Shown: positions 1 through 9,629, counted from the first letter of the stretch. The stretch: DNA of 64,000 nt from an uncultured Actinomycetes bacterium (GCA_963767005.1 CAVYCN010000004.1:160001-224000), one strand, 5' to 3'. Notes: generated by a model from the sequence alone, not told the origin. Program-made: numbers and translations.

Positions 1-271
1 GCAGCATGCCGCCTGAGCCGGTGTCGGGGTTGTGGTGCTTGCCGCGCTTGGCGATGATGCCGAGGCTGTGGGCCGCCATCTTCTTGACGTCGCCGCCCTC
101 GGCCTCTTCGATCTGCGTGAAGCTGGCCGCGTCGATGTTGAGCGTATCGACCTCGATCAGGATCTCGTTGTCGTAGATCTCCATCGTGTTGTCGATCTTC
201 CACGCCGGCTGCGGCAGGACGCCCTTCGGCTCTATGACGCGGTGCGCCCCGAACTTATTGCCCTCTTTCAC
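1..271 (-). CDS. kdd: L-erythro-3,5-diaminohexanoate dehydrogenase, N-terminal part (runs off the window edge; not in the ORF track)
   Basis: Manual translation from GTG at 271: MKEGNKFGAHRVIEPKGVLPQPAWKIDNTMEIYDNEILIEVDTLNIDAASFTQIEE...KRGKHHNPDTGSGGML, the characteristic Kdd N-terminus; GAGGGAG RBS upstream; lies downstream of kamDE and thiolase. Confidence 0.9.
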   Translation of the reverse strand, partial: MKEGNKFGAHRVIEPKGVLPQPAWKIDNTMEIYDNEILIEVDTLNIDAASFTQIEEAEGGDVKKMAAHSLGIIAKRGKHHNPDTGSGGML

Positions 272-310
272 GTCTCCCTCGCTTTGGTCGCTTCCTTGCT
301 GGTCCTTGTC

Positions 311-344
311 GACCTCCTCGGCGGCTTCGTCGCCCGAGGAGGTC
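311..344. other. Intergenic stem-loop between thiolase and kdd
   Basis: GACCTCCTCGG (311-321) is the exact reverse complement of CCGAGGAGGTC (334-344); inner CGGC-TTC-GTCG can also pair; no U-tract. Confidence 0.6.
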
Positions 345-374
345 CGAACTACCGTGGTGCCGTGGCCGCGGCCG

Positions 375-1571
375 TCAGGCCTCGAGCCTGATGACGCTGC
401 CGGCGCCCTGGCCGCCACCCACGCACGCGCCCGTCAGGCCGATCTCCTGGCCGCGCTTCTTGAGCTCGTGGATGAGGGTCACGATCATGCGCGTGCCCGT
501 GTTACCGAGTGGATGGCCGAGCGCCACCGCGCCGCCGTTCACGTTGACGATGTCGATGTCGAGGCCGAGCTCGCGGGTGGCGAGCGCCGCCACGCAGGCG
601 AATGCCTCGTTCAGCTCGGCGAGCTGCACGTCCTTGCTGGTGAGGCCGGCCTTCTCGAGCGCCTTCTGAGCGGCCACCGTCTCGCCGTAGCCCATGATGG
701 CCGGCTCGACCGCGGCGGTCGCGTAGCTCACGAGCTGCGCCACGGGCTTGGCGCCCAGCTCGGCGGCCTTCTTGCGCGAGGTCACGACCAGGGCGCTCGC
801 GCCGTCGGCGATCGCCGAGGCGTTGCCCGCGGTCACGACGCCGCCGTCCTTCTTGAACACCGGCTTGAGGCCGGCAAGCGCCTCGGGTGTGGTCTCGCGC
901 GGGCACTCGTCGGTGTCGACGATCTTCGGGTCGCCCTTACGCTGCGGGATCTGGACGGCGACGATCTCGTCTGTGAACCGGCCGCCCTTGATCGCGGCGG
1001 TCGCGTTCAACTGGCTACGATAGGCGACGTCGTTCTGGACGCCCTTGCTGATGTCGAAGCGCTCGCTCAGGTTCTCGGCCGTCAGGCCCATGTGGTAGCC
1101 GCCGATCGCGCACCACAGCCCGTCGAGCACCATGGCGTCGTAGATCTGGTCGGACGGCATGCCCATGCGGTAGCCGCTGCGGCCGTTCTGCAGCAGCCAC
1201 GGCGCCCGCGTCATGTTCTCGGTGCCGCCCACGAGGTAGGCCTCGCCGTCGCCGGCCTTGATGGCCGCCGCAGCCATTGCGAGGGCCGAGGCGCTCGAAA
1301 CGCACACGCGGTTGACGGTGATCGCCGGCACGTCGTCGGGGATCCCGGCCTTGAGCTCGGCCTGGCGAGCCGTGTTCTGGCCGAGCCCGGCCTGGATCAC
1401 GTTGCCGAAGATGACCTCGTCGAGCTGGTCGCCGCTCACGCCGGCCCGGCCGAGCGCCTCTTTCATGACGATCGCGCCGAGGTCGACGGCGGCGGTGCCG
1501 GCGAAGCCGCCCTGGAACCGGCCCTGAGCCGTCCGCACTGCGGACAGGATGACGATGTCGTTGTCTGCCAC
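375..1571 (-). CDS. Acetyl-CoA C-acetyltransferase (thiolase)
   Basis: NRVC nucleophile loop, [15 protein letters not shown] and C-terminal CVGGGQG motifs; 398 aa. Confidence 0.93.
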   Translation of the reverse strand: MADNDIVILSAVRTAQGRFQGGFAGTAAVDLGAIVMKEALGRAGVSGDQLDEVIFGNVIQAGLGQNTARQAELKAGIPDDVPAITVNRVCVSSASALAMAAAAIKAGDGEAYLVGGTENMTRAPWLLQNGRSGYRMGMPSDQIYDAMVLDGLWCAIGGYHMGLTAENLSERFDISKGVQNDVAYRSQLNATAAIKGGRFTDEIVAVQIPQRKGDPKIVDTDECPRETTPEALAGLKPVFKKDGGVVTAGNASAIADGASALVVTSRKKAAELGAKPVAQLVSYATAAVEPAIMGYGETVAAQKALEKAGLTSKDVQLAELNEAFACVAALATRELGLDIDIVNVNGGAVALGHPLGNTGTRMIVTLIHELKKRGQEIGLTGACVGGGQGAGSVIRLEA

Positions 1572-1664
1572 TACTGCCTCCTGAGATACCGGGTGCGCCC
1601 CTGCGGGTTCTGTCGCGGCTCGTCCGCGCCCTCGGGTCGCCTGATTGCAATCATGGACAACCTA

Positions 1665-2411
1665 TCACGCCTTTTCAGCGGGCGTTTTGGCCCTTCTGGC
1701 CACTTCCTGCGCCAGGAATGAGGCCACTTCGACAGGCGTCGTGCGGGGCCCGAAGCCGGCGTCGTAGCCGAGCTCCTTGGCGAAGGCGTTGTTGATGCGC
1801 GGGCCGCCCACGATGAGGACGAACCGCTCGCGCACGCCCTCGGCCTCGAGCAGCTCGATCATCTTCGTCAGGTGCTGCACATGGATGTTCTTCTGCGTCA
1901 CGATCTGCGAGATCAGGATCGCGTCGGCGGCGCGCTCGAGGGCCGTGCGCAGGAGCTGCTCGCAGGGGATCTGCGAGCCCATGTTGAGCACGGTCATCTG
2001 TGGATAGCGCTCGAGCCCGTAGTTGCCGGCGAAGCCCTTCATGTTGAGGATCGCGTCGATGCCGACCGTGTGAGCGTCGCTCTCGATCGCCGCGCCGACG
2101 ACCGACAGCTTGCGACCGAGCTGCTCCTTGATGAAGGAGTTGGTCGCGTAGTAGTCCATCGTCTCGACCTCGAGGTAGTCGCCCTTGACCTCGTCGGGGT
2201 CGATGCCGGTCTGGGTGCGACCGTAGGCCACGAAGAACGTGAAGGCCGGGTCGATCGCCTTGCACTCGGCGATGCCGACCTCGCGGAAGCCGAGCTTCTC
2301 GAGGAACTGCTTGCCGACGTCGGCCGCCTTCTGCGAGTAGGCGATGGGCAGCGTGAACGAGAACTGGATAATGCCGTCGTCGCGGGTGTCGCCGTAGGGC
2401 AGGACGATCAT
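1665..2411 (-). CDS. kamE: Lysine 5,6-aminomutase beta subunit (B12-binding)
   Basis: Starts MIVLPYGDTRDDGIIQFSFTLP at ATG 2411 (ATGA overlap with kamD stop); DAHTVG cobalamin base-off motif followed by NMKG PLP lysine; GYDAGFG. Confidence 0.93.
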   Translation of the reverse strand: MIVLPYGDTRDDGIIQFSFTLPIAYSQKAADVGKQFLEKLGFREVGIAECKAIDPAFTFFVAYGRTQTGIDPDEVKGDYLEVETMDYYATNSFIKEQLGRKLSVVGAAIESDAHTVGIDAILNMKGFAGNYGLERYPQMTVLNMGSQIPCEQLLRTALERAADAILISQIVTQKNIHVQHLTKMIELLEAEGVRERFVLIVGGPRINNAFAKELGYDAGFGPRTTPVEVASFLAQEVARRAKTPAEKA

Positions 2412-4036
2412 GACTGCCTCCCTTCGGCCAGCGGTGCGGCTTCGACCTGGAACACGCGGCGCGGTGGCGCCGGCGGGCCGCTCGGGCGGCCTTCGCGGAG
2501 GGCGTCGTAGAAGGGGTTGAAGTAGTCGGTGGCCTTGACGACGACGCCCTCGAAGCCACGGCCGCCTTCGGGCTCGCGCTTCACATCGGCGAACTCGCCG
2601 TTCTCGAGCGCCTGGAACAGGCCGATCTCGCGGACGTGCTCGAGCTGCTCGACCGCCTTGGCGAGGACCAGCGCGGCGCGCTCCTCGACAAGGCTGCCGC
2701 CGCGGATCTGCACGCACTCGGCGAGGTGGCGGTTGGCCTCGAAGACGTACTTCGCGTTCTTGATCGACACGTAGCGGTCCTGCAACAGCGGCGTGTGGAG
2801 GGCCTCGGTGAGCATGCCGAGCAGCATGATGTCCTGGCCGGTGAAGATCCCGGTGAAGTTGAACATGCCGTCGATGATGTGACCCTGGAAGACGTCGCCC
2901 GGCATGTACTTGGTCGGCGGCATGTACTTGATCGGGTAGTCGGGGAAGCACTCGCGGATGAGCAGCGCGTCGGCGACCTGGTAGACGACCTGGTCGGGCG
3001 TCGCCGGGTTGATCTCGAAGGCGTGCCCCAGGCCGATCTGCCAGGGCTCGAGGTTGGCGCGCAGCGCGAACTCCTCGTTGATGAAGTCCGAGGAGAGCAC
3101 CGTGTGGGCCTGCTCGTAGGCGTCGGCCGTGGTCAGGTAGTTGTCCTCGCCGGTGTTGATGATGATGCCGGCGCGCGCGTTGATCATGCGCGACAGGTAC
3201 TGGTCGACGAATGTGCGCTTCATGTTGATGTTGCGGAAGATGATGCCGTACATGGAGTCGTTCAGCATCATGTCGAGGCGCTCGAGCGCGCCCATCGTGG
3301 CGATCTCGGGCATGCACAGGCCGCTTGCGTAGTTGCACAGGCGGACATAGCGGCCGAGCTCGGCGCCGACCTCGTCGAGCGCCGCCCGCATGTAGCGGAA
3401 GTTCTCCTGGGTGGCGTAGGTGCCGCCGAAGCCCTCGGTGGTGATGCCGTACGGCACGTAGTCGAGCAGGCTCTGGGCGGTGGTGCGGATGACGGCGACG
3501 ACGTCGGCCCCCGCGCGGGCGGCCGCCTGCGCCTGGACCGCGTCCTCCTTGATGTTGCCGGTGGCGACGATCACGTAGACGTAGGGCCGCTGGGCCTCGC
3601 CGGTGGCCGCGACGAGCTCGGCGCGGCGGGCGCGCACGGCGTCGATGCGGGCGACGCCCTCGCCGGCAAGCTCGCTGGCGCGCGCCTCGACCGCCGCGCG
3701 CCGCGCGGCCGGCACGGGGCCGAGCTCGAGCGCGCCGGCGGCGACCGCCTCGGCGACCTGCTGTGCGGTCTTGCCCGTCTGCAGCATGGCGTCGACGAAC
3801 GGCGTGATCACGCCGCCGGGCAGCAGTGCGCGGGCGTGCTCGACCACGACGTTCACGAGCGGCACGTCGATGTCGTTCACGCCCTCGATGCCCAGCAGAC
3901 GCAGCGTGGTGCGCTCGACCGTGTCGGTCGTGTGCGCCGCGATGTGCTGCCAGACGTCGTCGGCGATGGCCCGCGCGGCCTCGCGCGCGCGACCCACCAT
4001 CGACTCGTCGAGCGAGAGCATGTGATCCACGTTCAC
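2408..4036 (-). CDS. kamD: Lysine 5,6-aminomutase alpha subunit
   Basis: TTDTVERT, YVIVATGNI, AVIRTTAQSLLDYVPYG, GGTYATQENFR, NYASGLCMPEIA, IIINTGEDNYLTTADA, KYMPPTKYM motifs. Confidence 0.95.
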   Translation of the reverse strand: MNVDHMLSLDESMVGRAREAARAIADDVWQHIAAHTTDTVERTTLRLLGIEGVNDIDVPLVNVVVEHARALLPGGVITPFVDAMLQTGKTAQQVAEAVAAGALELGPVPAARRAAVEARASELAGEGVARIDAVRARRAELVAATGEAQRPYVYVIVATGNIKEDAVQAQAAARAGADVVAVIRTTAQSLLDYVPYGITTEGFGGTYATQENFRYMRAALDEVGAELGRYVRLCNYASGLCMPEIATMGALERLDMMLNDSMYGIIFRNINMKRTFVDQYLSRMINARAGIIINTGEDNYLTTADAYEQAHTVLSSDFINEEFALRANLEPWQIGLGHAFEINPATPDQVVYQVADALLIRECFPDYPIKYMPPTKYMPGDVFQGHIIDGMFNFTGIFTGQDIMLLGMLTEALHTPLLQDRYVSIKNAKYVFEANRHLAECVQIRGGSLVEERAALVLAKAVEQLEHVREIGLFQALENGEFADVKREPEGGRGFEGVVVKATDYFNPFYDALREGRPSGPPAPPRRVFQVEAAPLAEGRQS

Positions 4037-5226
4037 ACCTTCTTTCGGACTGCGTCGCTCCGGGCCCCCGGCGGCTCGTGGCCGCCGGGCCGGCCGGCTG
4101 TTGTCGCGTCGACGCCGGCCGGCAGGCTGGCCAGGCCGTGCACGACGTCGAAGACGGGGGCGCGATCGCCGACGGCGTCGGCGATCGCGCCGAAGAAGAC
4201 CTTGGGGTTGTAGGGCTGCGGAAAGCGGTACGGGTTCGTCGTGACGGCCAGCACGCGCAGCTCGGTGAGCACGCGCACGTCGACGCTGCGGCGGCGGCAG
4301 CGCGCCACCGTGGCCGGCGCCAGGATGAGCACGGTGGCGTCGCGCACGACGAGCGTGACGGCGCGCCGCGGCGGCAGCGTGCGCAGGAAGTCGTCGGCGA
4401 ACTCCTGGGTGACGGCGCCACCGATGTACAGCGTCCGGGCCTCGCGGCGCTCGACCTCGCGGGCCACCCGCACGCCTTCGCCGACCGCGGTGTGCAGGTC
4501 GAGCGGCGTGGGTCGGCCCCGGCGGTCGATCGTGACCGCGCGGGCCCCGTCGAGCGCGTCGCCGTCGAGGAGGTCCCGGGTCGTCTCGTCGACGGCCGAC
4601 AGCGTCAGCATGGCGAGCGTGGCCTGCGTGATCTCGACGGTCTCGGCGAGCGTGTCGGCCACGAGGCCACCGGTCGCCATGATCACCGCGTCGCTCACCC
4701 GCGGCGAGGCGCTGCCGAGCCGGTTGATGGCGCCGTCGACCAGCACCAGGCCGGCGCCCAGGGCGTGCAGGCGGCCCGCCGTGGCGGCGACCTCGGCGAG
4801 GGTGGTAGGACCGCTGACCTCGACGGCGCGGTCGCCCACGGCGCGGCCGATCACGACGCCGCCGAGCGACGTGTGGAAGGGCAGGCGCTCGAGGTGCTCC
4901 ATGGTGTAGTGCGAGCGGTCGAGCGATCCGACGGTCGTCGCGATGAGGGTGTCGCGCGGTGGCACGATGCGCGGCTTGTCGAGCCCCGTCAGGTGGTCGG
5001 TGCGCTCGCCGTCGAGGCCCAGCGAGGTCAGGCCGAACCGCTGCGGCACGTTGTCCATGAGGGCGTTGACCACGGTGGTCTTGCCCGCGTTCTTGACGAG
5101 GCCGATCACGGCGATCGTGCGGGCGCCGCTCGCCGCGACCACGTCGAACAGGGTGGGCGCCGCGGCCGGGCGCGGCGCGCCGGCCGCCGCTCGCGGGTCG
5201 CGCGCCGGTGTGCCCGGCGAGCTCAC
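4033..5226 (-). CDS. kamB: KamB-like P-loop protein (lysine 5,6-aminomutase accessory/reactivase subunit)
   Basis: IGLVKNAGKTT, GLTSLGLDGE...DKPRI, LVDGAINR motifs; overlaps kamD start. Confidence 0.75.
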   Translation of the reverse strand: MSSPGTPARDPRAAAGAPRPAAAPTLFDVVAASGARTIAVIGLVKNAGKTTVVNALMDNVPQRFGLTSLGLDGERTDHLTGLDKPRIVPPRDTLIATTVGSLDRSHYTMEHLERLPFHTSLGGVVIGRAVGDRAVEVSGPTTLAEVAATAGRLHALGAGLVLVDGAINRLGSASPRVSDAVIMATGGLVADTLAETVEITQATLAMLTLSAVDETTRDLLDGDALDGARAVTIDRRGRPTPLDLHTAVGEGVRVAREVERREARTLYIGGAVTQEFADDFLRTLPPRRAVTLVVRDATVLILAPATVARCRRRSVDVRVLTELRVLAVTTNPYRFPQPYNPKVFFGAIADAVGDRAPVFDVVHGLASLPAGVDATTAGRPGGHEPPGARSDAVRKKV

Positions 5227-5915
5227 CGGCCGGCCTCGGCGGTGTCGCGAGCCGCGCTGTGGCGGCGGATCTCCTTGAGGTAGCTGAAGACGGTGAAGCG
5301 CGACAGGTCGAGAGCCTCGGCCACCTGCTCGGCCGAGCGCTTGACGAGGAACGCGCCGCGTTCTTCGAGCCGCGCCACGACCTCCATCTTCTCGTCGCGG
5401 GTCATGGTGGCCGGCGTCCTGCGCATGTCGGCGAGGGTGCCGGCGATCATGCCCGCGAGGACGTCGCGGATGTCGCCGCCGAAGAGCTCCTCGGTGTCGG
5501 GCGCGCCCTCGCCGCCGTCCGTGTCACCGGCGCCCGTGAGCGCCGCGAGAGCACGCTCGGCGCGCACGACGTCGGAGACGTCGAGATTGACGCCGAGCAC
5601 ACCGATGGGGCGGCCCTCGTCGTCGCGCAGGGTCACGGCCAGCGACCGCAGGATGCGGCCGTCGGCCGAGGTGGTGTAGAGACGCACGTCGGGGGTGTCG
5701 TCGGCGTTGCGCAGCGAGTGCAGCATCTGGTCGGTGGGGGCGTCTCCCTCGCGCCGCCCGGTCACGTGACCGTTCTCGATGGCGACGATCGAGTGGGGCA
5801 TGGCGCCGAGGTCGTGGAGCACGACCTCGCAGTCGGGCCCGAGCATCGCGGCCAGGCCTCGCGCGACGGCGACGTACGACCTGAGATACGGGTGTGTGAC
5901 GTGGACGAGCCCCAC
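5223..5915 (-). CDS. YheO-type PAS + HTH transcriptional regulator
   Basis: GPDCEVVLHDL...SIVAIENGHVTGRREG (YheO PAS) and C-terminal EKMEVVARLEERGAFLVKRSAEQVAEALDLSRFTVFSYL HTH. Confidence 0.88.
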   Translation of the reverse strand: MGLVHVTHPYLRSYVAVARGLAAMLGPDCEVVLHDLGAMPHSIVAIENGHVTGRREGDAPTDQMLHSLRNADDTPDVRLYTTSADGRILRSLAVTLRDDEGRPIGVLGVNLDVSDVVRAERALAALTGAGDTDGGEGAPDTEELFGGDIRDVLAGMIAGTLADMRRTPATMTRDEKMEVVARLEERGAFLVKRSAEQVAEALDLSRFTVFSYLKEIRRHSAARDTAEAGR

Positions 5916-5978
5916 GCGGACCCTCCGTTCGAGCGAGCCCCTTGCGGCGGCGCGGATCCCTTCCGCGAAGCACGTACG

Positions 5979-6008
5979 ACTCTATCGGTCCCTGTCGAAA
6001 AAAGTCAA
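5979..6008 (-). promoter_or_regulatory. Putative housekeeping-sigma promoter of the lysine operon
   Basis: Minus strand TTGACT (6008-6003), 18-nt spacer, TAGAGT (5984-5979), in an AT-richer patch upstream of the regulator. Confidence 0.55.
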
Positions 6009-6168
6009 CCCACGTACCCGAATCAGTTGCAGCACGCCGCCGTTCAGGGGCTCTCGCTGCCGACTCGGCAAGCGCACCGGGTGCGCCGCGCAGGATTCGG
6101 CAAGACCAGGCAAGACCAGGGGCGCCGTCCGGCGCAGCCGGCGGAGTCGTTCGGGAGGCGGCCTCGCG

Positions 6169-8010
6169 TCAGCCTTGGACGCGCGGCATCCGCATCGTGA
6201 AGGTGGCGCCGTGACCGCGGCGCGAGGCGACCGTGAGCGAGCCCCCCATGAGCTCGACCATGTCCTTGGCGATCGAGAGGCCAAGGCCGGTGCCCGACTT
6301 GTGGGCGCCGCCGTTGCCGCGGAAGAAGCGCTCGAAGACGCGATCGAGCTCGTCGTGGGGGATGCCGGGGCCCTGGTCCTTCACCGTGATCACGACGTCG
6401 TCGAGGCCGTCTTCGGTGTGGCCGGCCACACCCACGCTCACCGTGCCGCCCTCGGGCGAGAACTTCACGGCGTTGTCGAGCAGCGCGCGCAACACCTGGC
6501 TCACGCGGCGCTGGTCGCAGGCGGCCGGCAGCTCCGCCGGCGCCGCCACGTCGATGCTCACGCCGCGGCTGTCGGCGCCGGCCCGGAACTCGGCGGCCAC
6601 GGCGCGCGCGAGGCTCGTGACGTCGGTGTCGGCCGGTTCGAGACGGACCGCCCCCGAGTCGACCTGCGACAGGTCGAGGAGGCTGAGCGACAGGTCGGTC
6701 AGCCGGTCGACCTGCTGGCGCATGAGCAGGAGGAACTCCCGCTCGGTCGCCGGGTCGAGCTCGCCTTCGTCGATCAGCTCCATGAAGCCCGACAGCGAGA
6801 AGAGCGGCGTCTTCAGCTCGTGCGACGCCGTGGCGATGAAGTCGCGTCGGGCGGCGTCGAGGCGCGCCTGCTCGGTGATGTCGCGCAGCACCACGATGTC
6901 ACGCACCTCGGATTCGTGGCCGACACGATAGGCCGAGGCCTCGAGCGAGAGGCCGCCGTATTCGACGACGACCGTGTGGTTCTCGCCGTCGGCCTGCGTC
7001 TCGGCGAGCGCCTGGGCGACGTCGGGCGGCAGCAGCTCGGCGAGCGGCACGCCCGTGGGCAGCGCGCGGCGCAGCAGCGTCGCGGCGGCCGGGTTGGCGA
7101 TCGCGAGCTCGCCCTCGACGGTCACGCCGATGACGCCCTCCTCGAGGTCGTAGAGCAGGACCTCGACGTTCTCTTTCTCGCGCTCGATCTGCGAGAAGGC
7201 CTCGCGTAGGCGGGCGCCCATCATGTTGAACGTCTCGGCGAGCTGGCCGATCTCGTCGGGCGGCCCGGGCTCGACCGGGCGGGACAGGTCGCCCGAGGCG
7301 ATCGACAGCGCACCGCGTTCGATCCGCTTGAGGCGCCGCGCGATGAAGTACGAGGCGAGGTAGCCGGCCAGGAGAGTCACCATGAGGGCGAGGCCGCCGG
7401 CCAGCAGGATCTCGTGCTGCACCGAGCGCACGGCGCGCTGCAGGTCGGTGAGCGGCGCGGCCAGGAGCACGATGCCGCGGAAGCCGGTCGCGTCGGCCTT
7501 CGCCGGGACCGCGGCGGTGGCGTACTGCGTTTCGCCGATCGTCGTGAGCCCTACCGCGAGATCACCGCTGCGCTCGGCGTCGGCCACCACCGGGTAGTTG
7601 GCGAGCTTGAACGCGCCGGGCCGGGAGTCGGCCACCACCTGGCCGGTGGCGCGGACGATCACGATGACGCGGGCGTTGGCGCTGGCGTCGCCGACGCGGG
7701 CGGACAGCCCGAGGTCGTTGGGATCGGGGTTGACGTTGGCGACGTTGGCGATGTTCGTCGCGACCAGCACCGTGCTGCCCGACAGATCGGTCAGCTTCTG
7801 GTGGACGAGGCGGTTCTGCAGGCTCGGCACGACGTAGATGTAGGACAGGCCGACGCCCAGCAACGTGACGCCGAGGAAGAGCACCGTGAGCCAGTTCTTG
7901 ACCGAGGCCGGCACCGGGCTCACGGCCCACGCGATCGCGTCGTCGGCCGTGCGCAGCGCGGACACGACAAACGAGCGGACCCGGTGCACGAACGGACGCT
8001 GCACGGCCAC
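6169..8010 (-). CDS. Membrane sensor histidine kinase (HAMP, PAS-like, HisKA, HATPase)
   Basis: Two TM segments, DEIGQLAETFN HAMP, ASHELKTPL H-box, LLDNAVKF N-box, DQGPGI, GTGLGLSI. Confidence 0.93.
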   Translation of the reverse strand: MAVQRPFVHRVRSFVVSALRTADDAIAWAVSPVPASVKNWLTVLFLGVTLLGVGLSYIYVVPSLQNRLVHQKLTDLSGSTVLVATNIANVANVNPDPNDLGLSARVGDASANARVIVIVRATGQVVADSRPGAFKLANYPVVADAERSGDLAVGLTTIGETQYATAAVPAKADATGFRGIVLLAAPLTDLQRAVRSVQHEILLAGGLALMVTLLAGYLASYFIARRLKRIERGALSIASGDLSRPVEPGPPDEIGQLAETFNMMGARLREAFSQIEREKENVEVLLYDLEEGVIGVTVEGELAIANPAAATLLRRALPTGVPLAELLPPDVAQALAETQADGENHTVVVEYGGLSLEASAYRVGHESEVRDIVVLRDITEQARLDAARRDFIATASHELKTPLFSLSGFMELIDEGELDPATEREFLLLMRQQVDRLTDLSLSLLDLSQVDSGAVRLEPADTDVTSLARAVAAEFRAGADSRGVSIDVAAPAELPAACDQRRVSQVLRALLDNAVKFSPEGGTVSVGVAGHTEDGLDDVVITVKDQGPGIPHDELDRVFERFFRGNGGAHKSGTGLGLSIAKDMVELMGGSLTVASRRGHGATFTMRMPRVQG

Positions 8011-8030
8011 CTCCGAGGACGTGTGCTTCC

Positions 8031-8744
8031 TCAGAACTCCCTGAACTTGTAGCCGATGTTGCGGACCGTGAAGACGAACTCGGGGTTGCGGGCGTCGCGC
8101 TCGATCTTCTCGCGCAGGTGGCGGATGTGCACGTCGACCGTGCGCGCGTCGCGAAACTCGGAGTCGCCCCAGACGAGCTGCAGGAGGATCTGCCGCGAGT
8201 ACACGCGGCCGGGGTGCGAGATGAGCGTCTTGAGCAGCTCGAACTCGATGTAGGTGAGGTCGACCCGCCTGCCGCGCACGTCGACGCTGCGCTTGGGCAG
8301 GTCGACCTCGAGGCCGTCGACCGAGATCTGGTCGGTGCGCGTGCCGGCCGCCTGCCGGGCCATGTCGGCGCGGCGCAACTGGGCGCGCACGCGACTGCGG
8401 AACTCGCGCAGGCTGAAGCGGTCCTTGGTGATGTAGTCGTCGGCTCCGATCTCGAGGCCGAGCACCTTGTCGAACTCGTCAGCCTTGGCGGTCAGCATGA
8501 TGATCGGCACCGTGCTCACCGCACGCAGGCGGCGGCACACCTCGGTGCCGTCGATGCGCGGCATCATGAGGTCGAGGATGACGAGGTCGAAGGGCTCGCG
8601 AGCGAAGGCGTCGAGCGCCTCCTGGCCGTCGCGGGCCTGGACGACCTGGTAGCCCTCCTTCTCGAGGGGGAACCTGAGGAGCTTCTGGATGGCCTCCTCG
8701 TCGTCGACGAGGAGGATCTTGGCGCCCGGATCGGTCATCGTCAC
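8031..8744 (-). CDS. OmpR/PhoB-family response regulator
   Basis: ILLVDDE, LDLMMP, PIIMLTAK, GADDYITK, RTVDVHIRHLREKIE, TVRNIGYKF. Confidence 0.95.
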   Translation of the reverse strand: MTMTDPGAKILLVDDEEAIQKLLRFPLEKEGYQVVQARDGQEALDAFAREPFDLVILDLMMPRIDGTEVCRRLRAVSTVPIIMLTAKADEFDKVLGLEIGADDYITKDRFSLREFRSRVRAQLRRADMARQAAGTRTDQISVDGLEVDLPKRSVDVRGRRVDLTYIEFELLKTLISHPGRVYSRQILLQLVWGDSEFRDARTVDVHIRHLREKIERDARNPEFVFTVRNIGYKFREF

Positions 8745-8795
8745 CTCATCGTATCATCGCCGCGCGAGCCCGGGTTCGCGGCGCCCGCATCGCGG

Positions 8796-9410
8796 CTACC
8801 CGGTCGCGGGCGGCACCCAGGCGCGCAGCCGGAACGAGGCGCCCATGGCCGCGGCGATGGCGCGGCAGCCCTCGACGTCGGCGTCGGGCACGTCGACCGC
8901 GGTGAGCGTCGTGGCGAGGCCGGCGGCGATGCAGGAGCGCGCGAAGCCGAGCACCTCGCGGAACGCCTTGGTGAAGGTCGGCCGGCACAGCCGGTCGTAG
9001 GTCTCGGGGTCGGCGGCGTTCAGGCTGATCGCGATCTCGTCGAGCCCGACCGCGGCCAGGCTCCCGGCCACGTCGACGTCGGGGTTGAGCAGCCGCCCGT
9101 GGCCGTTCGTGACGAGGCGCGAGCGCAGGCGCCGTGTGGTGAGCCACTCGGTGACGGCCAGCACCACGTCGAGCCGCATGGTCGGCTCGCCCATGCCGAC
9201 GAAGGCCACCTCGTCGGCGGGGCCGTCGAGGAACGCGAGCTCGATCTCGCGGGTGAGGTCCTCGATCGCGGGCTCGCTTGCGAGGCGCAGGTCGCTGCCG
9301 TAGACGCCGTCGGCGAACGAGCGAAAGCAGAACTCGCAGTCGCAGGAGCAGCGGTTGGTGATGTTGAGGTAGATGTTGCCTTTGCCGCGGTAGACGATCG
9401 TGTCGGGCAT
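8796..9410 (-). CDS. Radical SAM protein, TatD-associated type
   Basis: YLNITNRCSCDCEFC (CxxxCxxC), EVAFVGMGEPT, TNGHG, SLNAAD; 204 aa. Confidence 0.8.
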   Translation of the reverse strand: MPDTIVYRGKGNIYLNITNRCSCDCEFCFRSFADGVYGSDLRLASEPAIEDLTREIELAFLDGPADEVAFVGMGEPTMRLDVVLAVTEWLTTRRLRSRLVTNGHGRLLNPDVDVAGSLAAVGLDEIAISLNAADPETYDRLCRPTFTKAFREVLGFARSCIAAGLATTLTAVDVPDADVEGCRAIAAAMGASFRLRAWVPPATG

Positions 9411-9466
9411 GGGGCGGCTCGCTGGTCGGCGCCCCGGGCCGGGCGGCGGGGCTCACGCTGTCGGCC

Positions 9467-9570
9467 ATTATAGCGCGCCGGGCGCCGGGCAGGCGCCCGG
9501 CGCGGGGCGCCGACCCGGCCCGCCGGGCGCACCGTCGCCGGCCGGCCGTCGCGCCGCACGAGGGTACAAT
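9467..9570. promoter_or_regulatory. Divergent -10 boxes
   Basis: TATAAT on minus strand (9472-9467) facing the radical SAM gene and TACAAT on plus strand (9565-9570) facing the IMPase gene, in otherwise extremely GC-rich DNA. Confidence 0.55.
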
Positions 9571-9629
9571 GGCGGGCGTGCGCCGCGCGGCGCACGCCCG
9601 CCCCTCGCCCGCACGCCCGAAGGAGGGCC

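Noticed and set aside
1999-2009. DnaA box or oriC
   Set aside because: A single one-mismatch match inside kamE; no box cluster or AT-rich unwinding element
1665-4421. 918-aa KamE fusion
   Set aside because: KamE-like sequence starts only at ATG 2411; the upstream part is an off-frame reading of kamD
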